Origin: Bacteroidales bacterium
Lineage (GTDB): Bacteria > Bacteroidota > Bacteroidia > Bacteroidales > UBA12481
Direction of reading: 5' to 3'
Assembly (NCBI GenBank): GCA_041658425.1
Contig: JBBAAF010000002.1
Location: 57,156-121,155, forward strand
DNA length: 64,000 nt
Part shown: piece after piece, positions 44,297 through 53,213 of the stretch
How positions within the stretch are numbered: position 1 is the stretch's first letter
How the letters are laid out: each line of letters begins with the position of its first letter
The notes under the pieces: generated by a model
What the model saw: only the letters and a program-made list of their open reading frames with translations
The model's database searches: none
Told to the model about the DNA's origin: nothing
Program-made: the position numbers and the translations under genes

Positions 44297-46600
44297 ATGA
44301 AAGCTTTTGATCTCACGGGACTGGTAATTGCGTTACTTATCACCTCATTTTTACATCAGGCCTATTCACAGCCTTCAGATAAAAAGGCGCTTGTTGCTGA
44401 GATGAAATCGTATAACGGCAGAACAACCTTATTCATCAACGGGCAGCCCCACGACGGCATTTTTTGCTCCACCCGGGCGGGTAACAGGCAGGATTTCATC
44501 GATGCCGGATTTGATATATTTAATATAATAGATGGTGGTAATCCCTGGGTTGCCGATAGCCTTTACGATTTCCAGGAAACTGATGAGTATAACCTGGATA
44601 AGCTCATCACGGATTTCCTGTTCGGGAAACCCGATGCAAAAATTATCGTCAGGCTTGGATACGGATATCCCAGAAATTTCTGGTGGGCCGTTGAGAATAA
44701 AGACGAGCAGGCAGTACCGCACTGGCGAAACTTTGGCCGTAAAATGCCATCCTATGCATCACTGAAATGGCGCGAAGAAGCCGGAAAAGCACTGGAAGTC
44801 ACCGTCAGGCATCTGGAAGAGAGGTTTGGCAATAATATCATCGGATATCTTCCCGGAAACGGAAGCTGCGCAGAGAATTTTGAACAGTATGCCTACACGG
44901 AAATCGCTGACCGATACACCAATGGATATCAGATGGGCGATTACAGTGAACCCATGCAGCGGGCTTATCGGGCTTATGTAAAAGACAAATACAAAACTAT
45001 CGATGCCATCAATAGTATTTACGGACTTAAATTACAGTCATTCAGCGAATTAAAGATTCCAGAGGTGGATCAAAGGTTGAATGCAGGAATTGGAATTCTA
45101 CGGTCAATAAGGGATGAGCAGGCTGTTCTCGATTACTATGAGATTTTTAACCGGCAGGTGTATGAAACAGTCGTTTTTTTTGCAAAGAAGGTAAAAGAAG
45201 CCACAAACCGCAACAAGCTGGTGTTTGTCTTTTACGGGTATAACTGGGTTGAACAGCCTAGCGGGGGCATAACCCAGGCCCGAAGCGGACATGTCAACCT
45301 GGAGGAGGTGATCTCCTGCCCTGATGTGGATTATATCGCCGCCCCCTATGAATACTCATTCCGTCAGCTGGAAGGCGTGGTCTCAGGGCAAGGAGTGGTA
45401 GGAAGCGTTATCAGGAGAGGGAAGCAATATCTGCATGAATTTGATGGTTCAACTTATCTGAAAAACTGCTGGCCATCGGATCACCATAATCCTACAACGC
45501 CTGCTGAGAGCGGAAATTTACTGCGCCGCGATATGACCAAGGCCCTTATGGAAGGGACTTCCCTCTGGTTCATGGATCTTGCAGGCGGGATGTTCAGCAG
45601 TCCTGCAATGATCAGTGAGCTGAAGAAGACTCTGACAATCGGACGCGAGATCTATTTCAAGGCGGGGTTCGACAACCGGCAGGTGGCAGTGGTTCTGCAG
45701 TCACGCGATGGTTTTTACTATCGTGAGGGTGAAGCTTTGCGTGCTCCACTGATCCAGCAATTCAAACAATTTGAATTGGAGCGGATGGGTCTGGGGTATG
45801 ATGATCTTTTACTGGAAGACCTGAAATATCTGGATCCGAAATCAACTGAACAATATAAAGTCTGGATTTTCCCCAGTTCAGTGCATTTCGATGACTCACA
45901 GCTTGAACTGATCAAAAAACATTGCATGCGCAATGGGAATCATATTTTATGGGTCTATGCTCCGGGAGCCTTATCAGAAGCAGGAATCGACCTCCGGCGA
46001 ATGGAACAGATTACCGGTTTCAAGTACGGTTATACTATGGAACCGGGAGAGCTCGCCGTTAAAACCATTGAGGGAGGACAGGGATATCTCGCCGGGCGAA
46101 AATCGCCAATCGTTTACGGAACCTATGGTGAACTGTCTCCGGATTTCATCAATTACTACTCCTCATTGCGGCATTACCCCGGCTCGGATGTCGGATTCAG
46201 TGTCAGCCCCAGGTTTTATATTACTGAGGCAGACCATATTCTGGGGTATTTGCCTGATATTAAGAACCAGCCAGCCGGATTTGCCGTGAAAAACATGGGG
46301 AACTGGGTTTCAGTATACAGTGCTGCACCCCTTGTACCAAAAATCATTTTGCGAAATATTGCCCGGACCGCCGGTTGTCATGTGTATACTGACTTTCCCG
46401 GACAAACCTATCAGAGTCAGAACTACGTCGGCTTTTTTGCCCATGAAACAGGGACCTGCACCATCAAACTGCCTTACCGGTCCAGGGTTACTGATGTTTA
46501 TAACAACCTGGTAATTTCAGAGGGAACCAGCACCTTCAGCATAAATCTACAGGTAAATGACGCCGTTCTGTTTAACTATGAACCTGATAAATCGAAATAA
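44297..46600 (+). CDS. Secreted protein of unknown family, tandem paralog B
   Basis: 767-aa ORF with a signal peptide. Collinear with paralog A along its whole length, roughly 80-90 percent amino-acid identity by eye after the signal peptide. Confidence 0.6.
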   Translation: MKAFDLTGLVIALLITSFLHQAYSQPSDKKALVAEMKSYNGRTTLFINGQPHDGIFCSTRAGNRQDFIDAGFDIFNIIDGGNPWVADSLYDFQETDEYNLDKLITDFLFGKPDAKIIVRLGYGYPRNFWWAVENKDEQAVPHWRNFGRKMPSYASLKWREEAGKALEVTVRHLEERFGNNIIGYLPGNGSCAENFEQYAYTEIADRYTNGYQMGDYSEPMQRAYRAYVKDKYKTIDAINSIYGLKLQSFSELKIPEVDQRLNAGIGILRSIRDEQAVLDYYEIFNRQVYETVVFFAKKVKEATNRNKLVFVFYGYNWVEQPSGGITQARSGHVNLEEVISCPDVDYIAAPYEYSFRQLEGVVSGQGVVGSVIRRGKQYLHEFDGSTYLKNCWPSDHHNPTTPAESGNLLRRDMTKALMEGTSLWFMDLAGGMFSSPAMISELKKTLTIGREIYFKAGFDNRQVAVVLQSRDGFYYREGEALRAPLIQQFKQFELERMGLGYDDLLLEDLKYLDPKSTEQYKVWIFPSSVHFDDSQLELIKKHCMRNGNHILWVYAPGALSEAGIDLRRMEQITGFKYGYTMEPGELAVKTIEGGQGYLAGRKSPIVYGTYGELSPDFINYYSSLRHYPGSDVGFSVSPRFYITEADHILGYLPDIKNQPAGFAVKNMGNWVSVYSAAPLVPKIILRNIARTAGCHVYTDFPGQTYQSQNYVGFFAHETGTCTIKLPYRSRVTDVYNNLVISEGTSTFSINLQVNDAVLFNYEPDKSK

Positions 46601-46635
46601 GTAAATCTGACTAAACCATTCAGAGATTTGATAAG

Positions 46636-47967
46636 ATGAGCAATGGCAATGATGAAGGCCTGAAAAGGGAAATTGGCGTTGTAGGATTAGCCTCCAACGC
46701 CATCAACAGCATTGTAGGCGGTGGAATTTTCGTGTTGCCTGCGATTGTTGCAGGCATGATGGGACCTTCAGCTATTGTAGCTTATCTTATTTGTGGAGTC
46801 GCGGTAATCCTGATAACACTCTGCTTTGCCGAGATTGGAAGCAAGGTAATTGCAAGCGGCGGAGCTTATGCTTATGTAGAAGCGGCTTTTGGAATTTTTG
46901 CCGGATTTCTGACAAATACCTTGTTCTGGTTCGGGTTCGGCGTTCTGAGTGATGCTGCAATTGCAAACGCTATGGCGGATATGCTGGCCATAAATTTTCC
47001 TGCTTTTAATTTACCATTCTTCAGAGCGCTGTTTTTTTTGCTCATATATACGGGATTTACCCTGGTCAATATCAGAGGGGTTAAACAAGGTATCAATATG
47101 GTTAAAATCAATACTCTTATCAAACTGATCCCTCTGTTGGTATTGATTACCTACGGGTGGGCCGGCGTATCGGCAAAGAACCTGCAATGGTCGCAGCTGC
47201 CTGCACTCAAAGATATTGGCGAGGTATCTCTGATCCTGTTCTTTGCTTTTGCGGGCGGGGAGATGGCTTTGAACAACAGCGGTGAAATAAAAAATCCCAG
47301 GCGCACTGTACCTTTCGGATTACTGCTGGGTATTGGAACAGTTGTTATTTTTTATGTATTGATTCAAACCATTTCGCAGGGCGTGCTTGGGCCGGAACTG
47401 GCGTTAAACAAGGAGGCTCCGCTTGCCGCAGTTGCCAAAAGGCTGATGGGCGGATTTGGATCTGCATTAATGATTTCAGGAGCCGTGATTTCCATTTTCG
47501 GAGCCTTAAGCGGAGGGGTTTTATCTTACCCGAGGTTATTGTTCGCCGGATCAAGGAATAACCTTTTACCGGTATTCCTTGCCAAAATCCATCCGAGGTT
47601 TGCAACGCCGTACTGGGCTATCTGCACCTATTCCGTGCTGGTTCTGATCTTTACAATATCTGGTGGTTTTAAGCAATTAGTTATCGTTTCCAGCGCATCC
47701 CTTCTGTTGATTTACCTGGCTGTGGTGCTGTCAACCATAAAACTGAGGCTTAAAAAGGATCCTTTGCCCCCAGGAACTTTTAAACTCCCCGGAGGGATCA
47801 TTATACCTTCTGTCACCCTCGTCCTGATCGTCTGGTTATTATCCCGTTTAACCAAAAATGAAGCCATAGGGATCGCCTTGATGATTCTTGCATTGACTCT
47901 TATTTATCTCATAATGAAATTAATAAAAACAAATCAGCATTCTACACAGCAAAATAAACTCCCATGA
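46636..47967 (+). CDS. APC-superfamily amino-acid permease
   Basis: 443-aa ORF with about 12 hydrophobic helices and the N-terminal GGGIFVLPA motif typical of amino-acid/polyamine permeases. Its stop overlaps the GH3 start (ATGA at 47964-47967). Confidence 0.8.
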   Translation: MSNGNDEGLKREIGVVGLASNAINSIVGGGIFVLPAIVAGMMGPSAIVAYLICGVAVILITLCFAEIGSKVIASGGAYAYVEAAFGIFAGFLTNTLFWFGFGVLSDAAIANAMADMLAINFPAFNLPFFRALFFLLIYTGFTLVNIRGVKQGINMVKINTLIKLIPLLVLITYGWAGVSAKNLQWSQLPALKDIGEVSLILFFAFAGGEMALNNSGEIKNPRRTVPFGLLLGIGTVVIFYVLIQTISQGVLGPELALNKEAPLAAVAKRLMGGFGSALMISGAVISIFGALSGGVLSYPRLLFAGSRNNLLPVFLAKIHPRFATPYWAICTYSVLVLIFTISGGFKQLVIVSSASLLLIYLAVVLSTIKLRLKKDPLPPGTFKLPGGIIIPSVTLVLIVWLLSRLTKNEAIGIALMILALTLIYLIMKLIKTNQHSTQQNKLP

Positions 47968-50348
47968 CATCACTGCTAAAAAAAAGGGTCGAAGCAAAGA
48001 TTATCAGAGTATTTATATGCCTGATTTTATTTTTGCCTTCCTGTAAGGATCAACCTAAAAACAAGGTCGACGAAAAATATAAGGATCCGTCTGTTCCAAT
48101 AAAGGCACGGGTTGAGAGTCTCCTCAGCCAAATGACGCTGGAAGAAAAAGTGGCACAAACCCTTGGGTACTGGCGCCATTTTAAGAATGATATGCTTGAT
48201 GCGGAAGGGGACTTCAGTCCGGAGAAAGCAAAGGCATTGTTCAATGACGGCAACGGAATCGGGCAGATCAGCCTGCATTATGATGAAGGCGGCGGGAAAA
48301 ATGCCAAAGGAATGGCTGAACTGACCAACCAGATGCAGAAATTCATTATCAGTAATAACAGGCTGGGCATCCCTGCCCTTTTTCACGGTGAATTGCTGCA
48401 CGGCCATGCAGCTCTCGACGGGACAAGCTTTCCCGTGCCGATTGGTATGGCATCAACCTGGGATACAGCCCTGGTTAAAAAACTTTACAGTATGGCGGCC
48501 GAAGAGGCCAGGTCCAGGGGATTGCACCTTGCCCTGACCCCGGTCCTTGATGTAGCCAGGGAACCCCGCTGGGGAAGAGTCGAGGAAACTTTCGGCGAAG
48601 ACCCGTTTCTGATAGCCCAAATGGGTATTGCTGTTATCAATGGGTTCCAGGGCGACAGGGCCTATTCCGACAAGAAGCACCTTTTTGGAACATTGAAGCA
48701 TTTTGGTGCACACGGGGTTCCGGAAAATGGTTCAAATTGCTCACCTGCAGATATCTCCGAAAGAACCCTGAGAGAAGTTCACCTCTATCCCTTTAAAGAG
48801 GTTGTTCAGAAAGCGCATGTAAAAAGCATCATGGCATCATACAATGAAATTGATGGAGTGCCTTCTCATGCAAACAAATGGCTGCTTCGAAAAGTACTTC
48901 GCCAGGAATGGGGATTTGATGGCTTCGTGGTTTCTGATTACCAGGGAGTAAAAGAAATTAACCTCTTGCATTCGGTTGCAGAAAACTTTAAGGAAGCAGC
49001 CAACCTGGCAATAAATGCCGGTGTGAATTTCGAATTACCTGATCCTTATGCTTACCCATTTATTAAAGAATTGGTTAAAGAAGGAAAGGTGAAAGAATCT
49101 GTTCTGGATGATTTGGTAAGGGCCAATTTGACTGCCAAATTTGAGATGGGACTATTTGATGACCCCTATGTCGACCCTGAAAAGGCTGAGATTATTGTCG
49201 GAAGTAAAAAAAACGGAGTGCTGGCCCTGGAGGCCGCAAGGGAGGTCATAACCTTACTCAAAAATGAAGGGAATATTGTCCCTTTAAACAGGGAAAAGTT
49301 CAAAACAATTGCAGTAATAGGACCGAATGCCAATGTGGAGTTACTTGGCGGATACAGTGGAATTCCCAAAAAAGTATCGACGGTTTTACAGGGGATCAAA
49401 GAAAAAGTTGGTGACCGGATAAAAGTTTTATACAGCGAGGGTTGCAAAATAACAGTTGGCGGAAGCTGGGCCAGCGATACCGTAACCCTGAGCAAACCGG
49501 ATGAAGATGTACCTCGAATCAAAGAAGCGGTCAGGATAGCCCTTCAGAGTGATATTGTTGTTCTGGCGATAGGGGGAAATGAACAGACCTCCCGCGAGGC
49601 CTGGGATAAAAACCACATGGGAGACAGGGCCAGCCTGGAACTCGTTGGCATGCAGAACGAACTGGTAAAAGCAATAATAGCAGTTGGTAAACCTGTAGTT
49701 GTCCTGCTTTTTAACGGAAGTCCGCTGGCCATAAATGAAATCAGCAAATCAGTGCCGGCGATATTCGAATGTTGGTATCTCGGCCAGGCAACAGGTGAAG
49801 CAGTTGCAGATGTGCTTTTCGGAGATTTTAATCCGGGCGGCAGGCTGCCCATATCCATTCCGCGTTCCGCCGGTCATATACCCGATTATTACAATTATAA
49901 GCCTTCTGCCAGGAGAGGCTATTTGTTTGCTGATATAACTCCTTTATATCCATTTGGTTATGGACTTAGTTATACAACCTTTAAAATAAAAAACCTGAGA
50001 ATAGAAAAACCAATAATTAATAAAGATGAGAGTACCAGGGTTATGGTCGATGTAACAAATACAGGTGAAAGGGAAGGACATGAGGTTGTACAGATGTATA
50101 TCAGGGACTCTTTCAGTTCAGTCACACGCCCCGTAAAGGAATTGAAAGGGTTCGCCAAAGTATTCCTGGAACCTGGTGAAACAAAAACAATTACATTGGA
50201 GATAATTCCTGAATTATTGTCATTTTACGATATTGACATGAACTATATTGTGGAACCCGGGGAGTTTGCCATAATGGTTGGATCCTCATCCAGGGATGAA
50301 GATCTGATCAAAGCTGTTCTGACTGTAAAAAGCGGTAATAAAAAATAA
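47964..50348 (+). CDS. Glycoside hydrolase family 3 beta-glucosidase/xylosidase-like lipoprotein
   Basis: 794-aa ORF with a lipobox (FLPSC). GH3 motifs (KHFGAHG, GFVVSDY nucleophile Asp) and a C-terminal Fn3-like domain. Confidence 0.9.
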   Translation: MTSLLKKRVEAKIIRVFICLILFLPSCKDQPKNKVDEKYKDPSVPIKARVESLLSQMTLEEKVAQTLGYWRHFKNDMLDAEGDFSPEKAKALFNDGNGIGQISLHYDEGGGKNAKGMAELTNQMQKFIISNNRLGIPALFHGELLHGHAALDGTSFPVPIGMASTWDTALVKKLYSMAAEEARSRGLHLALTPVLDVAREPRWGRVEETFGEDPFLIAQMGIAVINGFQGDRAYSDKKHLFGTLKHFGAHGVPENGSNCSPADISERTLREVHLYPFKEVVQKAHVKSIMASYNEIDGVPSHANKWLLRKVLRQEWGFDGFVVSDYQGVKEINLLHSVAENFKEAANLAINAGVNFELPDPYAYPFIKELVKEGKVKESVLDDLVRANLTAKFEMGLFDDPYVDPEKAEIIVGSKKNGVLALEAAREVITLLKNEGNIVPLNREKFKTIAVIGPNANVELLGGYSGIPKKVSTVLQGIKEKVGDRIKVLYSEGCKITVGGSWASDTVTLSKPDEDVPRIKEAVRIALQSDIVVLAIGGNEQTSREAWDKNHMGDRASLELVGMQNELVKAIIAVGKPVVVLLFNGSPLAINEISKSVPAIFECWYLGQATGEAVADVLFGDFNPGGRLPISIPRSAGHIPDYYNYKPSARRGYLFADITPLYPFGYGLSYTTFKIKNLRIEKPIINKDESTRVMVDVTNTGEREGHEVVQMYIRDSFSSVTRPVKELKGFAKVFLEPGETKTITLEIIPELLSFYDIDMNYIVEPGEFAIMVGSSSRDEDLIKAVLTVKSGNKK

Positions 50349-50353
50349 GGCAC

Positions 50354-52714
50354 ATGCAAAAACTAACTCTGTTCATTGCGGTGATTTTGACAAGATTTAC
50401 AGCCAGTGCGCAGCCCCGACCTGATCACCTGTTTTTTAAAGACCGGTTGCAACCGCTTTCCGGAGATAATATCTTTAAAACCGAGGGATATTTCAACTGG
50501 TGCACTTCAATCATCAAAGGGGATGACGGGAAATACCACCTTTTCTACTCCCGCTGGAAGAGTGAATATTCGTTCAACGGCTGGTTAACGCACTCCGAGA
50601 TAGCCCATGCTGTTTCAACCAATCCAGCCGGTCCCTGGAAGTACAAAGAAACCGTGTTAATGGGCCGCGGGAAAGGACACTGGGATGCAATTAACGCCCA
50701 TAATCCCAAGATCGAACATTTCGAAGGGAAGTATTACCTGTATTATATTTCAACCAATCTGGGCGATAAGGCTTACTCTGCCCAGGACTTGATTGAAACA
50801 GCCCAAACCGGTGATTCGCACCCAAACTGGAAGATCCTGCGACCCAACCAGCGTACGGGTGTTGCAGTTGCCAATACAATCGATGGACCCTGGAAGCGGA
50901 TGAATCAACCATTGATAGAGCCATCGGGGCCTATCACTACCCTGACAGTAAATCCGGCCATTACACAAGGAAAAGACGGCAAGTATTACCTGATCGTAAA
51001 AGGTGACAAACCCAATGAAACCCGCTTCATCAGAAACCAGGCCATTGCCATTTCCGATTCGCCGGCCGGACCGTTCGTCATGCAGCCCAAACCGGTCATT
51101 GACTATCTCGATACAGAGGATATGTCGATGTGGTACGATACAAAAAGAGATTTTTTCTATGGGGTATTTCATGCCCATACATTCATTGGAATGGTGAGCT
51201 CACCGGATGGGCTGAACTGGAAAAAGGCTACCGAATTTTGCCTGATGAACAAAAGACTTCCTTTGACTGATGGATCGGAGATTATCCCGGAATACCTGGA
51301 ACGTCCGTTTGTTTATCAGGAGGATGGCGAGCCCCTGGTGCTAAGTATGGCCGTCAAAAAAGGGGATGAATCTTATATCGTTTTTGTTCCTGTTAAAGAA
51401 AACAAGATACCGGTTCCGAATAAAAGACAGCTAGCCTGGCAGGAAGCTGAGATGGGGGCCATATTTCACTATGATCTGCATGTATTCGATGGGCAGAAAT
51501 ACGAGCAGGATGGTAATCGCATCAACCCGGTTCCCGACTATCAGATTTTCAATCCCAAACAGCTTGATACTGACCAATGGATCAAGGCGGCTAAAGATGC
51601 CGGTTTTACTTTTGCCCTGCTGACGGCTACTCACGAAACCGGATTTGCCCTTTATCAGTCGGAAGTGAATCCGTATTGCATGAAAGCGCTTAAATATCAG
51701 GACGGTAAAGGTGATCTGGTCCGCGATTTCGTGAATTCGTGCCGGAAATACGGAATCAAACCCGGCATCTATCTGGGCATCCGGTGGAATTCTTTTTTAG
51801 GGGTACACGATTTTAAAGTGAACGGAGAAGGAACATTCCGCGTAAATCGACAGAAATGGTACAACGCAATGGTTGAGGGTATGGTGAAGGAGATTTGTAC
51901 CCATTACGGAGAATTGTTTGAGATCTGGTTCGATAGGGGTGCTGATTCTCCTGAGAATGGTGCACCCGACGTGTTGCCTATCGTGCAGCAGTATCAGCCT
52001 AATTGCCTGTTTTACCACAACAAACAGCTGGCCGAAGCCCGGTGGGGAGGTTCCGAAACGGGTACCGTGAGCTATCCATGCTGGGCCACTTTTCCTTATC
52101 CTGATTGTTCAGCAGGTGTTCATGGTGAGATTGCGGAAAACGATTTTCAATTACTGAAAGAAGGTGATCTGAATGGAAAATACTGGATGCCGGCCATGTC
52201 CGATGTACCCCTTCGCGGCTTCAATGGGCATCACGAATGGTTCTGGGAACCGGGCGATGAAGTAAATATCTTTCCGCTGGACAGTCTGATGGATATGTAT
52301 TATAAGTCGGTTGGCCGCAATTCCACTTTGATCATGGGATTGACGCCAGATTCCACCGGGTTACTGCCGGAACCGGATGTAAAGCGATTGAAGGAATGGG
52401 GTGATGAAATCAAACAGAGATTCTCAAACCCGGTTGCAACTAATTCAGGAAAGGGAAAAATAACAGAATTGAAGCTAGATAAGAAGAGAAAAATCAGTCA
52501 TGTAGTCATTCAGGAGGATATATCGCAAGGTGAACGGATCCGCAAGTATTCGGTTGAGGCATTTATCAATGGCAAGTGGATAACCCTCTGCGAAGGGGAA
52601 TCGGTCGGACATAAGCGTATTCAACAGTTTAAACCTGTTGATTGCCAGCGTTTAAGACTTGTTGTTAATGATGCGGTTGCCGAACCGGTTATAAAGAATT
52701 TATCTGTTTATTAG
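50354..52714 (+). CDS. Fusion protein: GH43-like beta-propeller domain, GH29 alpha-L-fucosidase domain and a discoidin-like domain
   Basis: 786-aa ORF. The N-terminal 350 aa look like a propeller (DDGKYHLFYSRW, AHNPKIEHFEGKYYLYYIS, GKDGKYYLIVKG). From about nt 51400 there is a GH29-like TIM barrel (AEMGAIFHYD, LLTATHETGFALYQS, IWFD). The C-terminal 100 aa look like an F5/8 type C domain. Confidence 0.65.
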   Translation: MQKLTLFIAVILTRFTASAQPRPDHLFFKDRLQPLSGDNIFKTEGYFNWCTSIIKGDDGKYHLFYSRWKSEYSFNGWLTHSEIAHAVSTNPAGPWKYKETVLMGRGKGHWDAINAHNPKIEHFEGKYYLYYISTNLGDKAYSAQDLIETAQTGDSHPNWKILRPNQRTGVAVANTIDGPWKRMNQPLIEPSGPITTLTVNPAITQGKDGKYYLIVKGDKPNETRFIRNQAIAISDSPAGPFVMQPKPVIDYLDTEDMSMWYDTKRDFFYGVFHAHTFIGMVSSPDGLNWKKATEFCLMNKRLPLTDGSEIIPEYLERPFVYQEDGEPLVLSMAVKKGDESYIVFVPVKENKIPVPNKRQLAWQEAEMGAIFHYDLHVFDGQKYEQDGNRINPVPDYQIFNPKQLDTDQWIKAAKDAGFTFALLTATHETGFALYQSEVNPYCMKALKYQDGKGDLVRDFVNSCRKYGIKPGIYLGIRWNSFLGVHDFKVNGEGTFRVNRQKWYNAMVEGMVKEICTHYGELFEIWFDRGADSPENGAPDVLPIVQQYQPNCLFYHNKQLAEARWGGSETGTVSYPCWATFPYPDCSAGVHGEIAENDFQLLKEGDLNGKYWMPAMSDVPLRGFNGHHEWFWEPGDEVNIFPLDSLMDMYYKSVGRNSTLIMGLTPDSTGLLPEPDVKRLKEWGDEIKQRFSNPVATNSGKGKITELKLDKKRKISHVVIQEDISQGERIRKYSVEAFINGKWITLCEGESVGHKRIQQFKPVDCQRLRLVVNDAVAEPVIKNLSVY

Positions 52715-52738
52715 ACTGTAAAACATAAGAATAGCCAA

Positions 52739-53191
52739 ATGAGAAACTGGAATTATCTGAAGCGCCCGGTTGGTGCAGGTTTACTGGCAACATCATTGAT
52801 GTCAGTACTTTCATCCTGCAGTTCAGCCGTTCAAAAATTGGATGGGAAAAGCTTTGTTCCGATGCTTCTTCAAAAAGGCACAACGGATAAAGGCAGGAAT
52901 CTCTACTGGCATTTTCCCAACAACTGGGGGCCGACCGGTCCGGGAATCGCAACTACCAGCACCATACGAAGCAGCGACTGGAAGCTTATTTACTGGTATG
53001 AAAACCAGCATTTTCAATTGTTTAACATCCTTGAAGACATTGGTGAACTTCACAACCTGGCTGGTGAAAATCAGAAGAAAGTGAAAGAACTGGCAAAGGA
53101 ATTGGGGCAATATCTCCGCAGTGTGGATGCACAGCGTCCAATATTCAAGAGCACCGGAAAACCGGTTCCCTGGCCTGATGAATTGATTTAG
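52739..53191 (+). pseudogene. Sulfatase remnant: a lipoprotein-type signal joined directly to a sulfatase C-terminal subdomain
   Basis: 150-aa ORF. Residues 30-150 match the C-terminal part of S1 sulfatases (DGKSFVPMLLQ, LYWHFP, RSSDWKLIYW, LFNILEDIGELHNLA). The whole catalytic N-domain, including the FGly motif, is absent. Confidence 0.7.
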
Positions 53192-53213
53192 AATGTCTTA
53201 AAACAAACTTATC

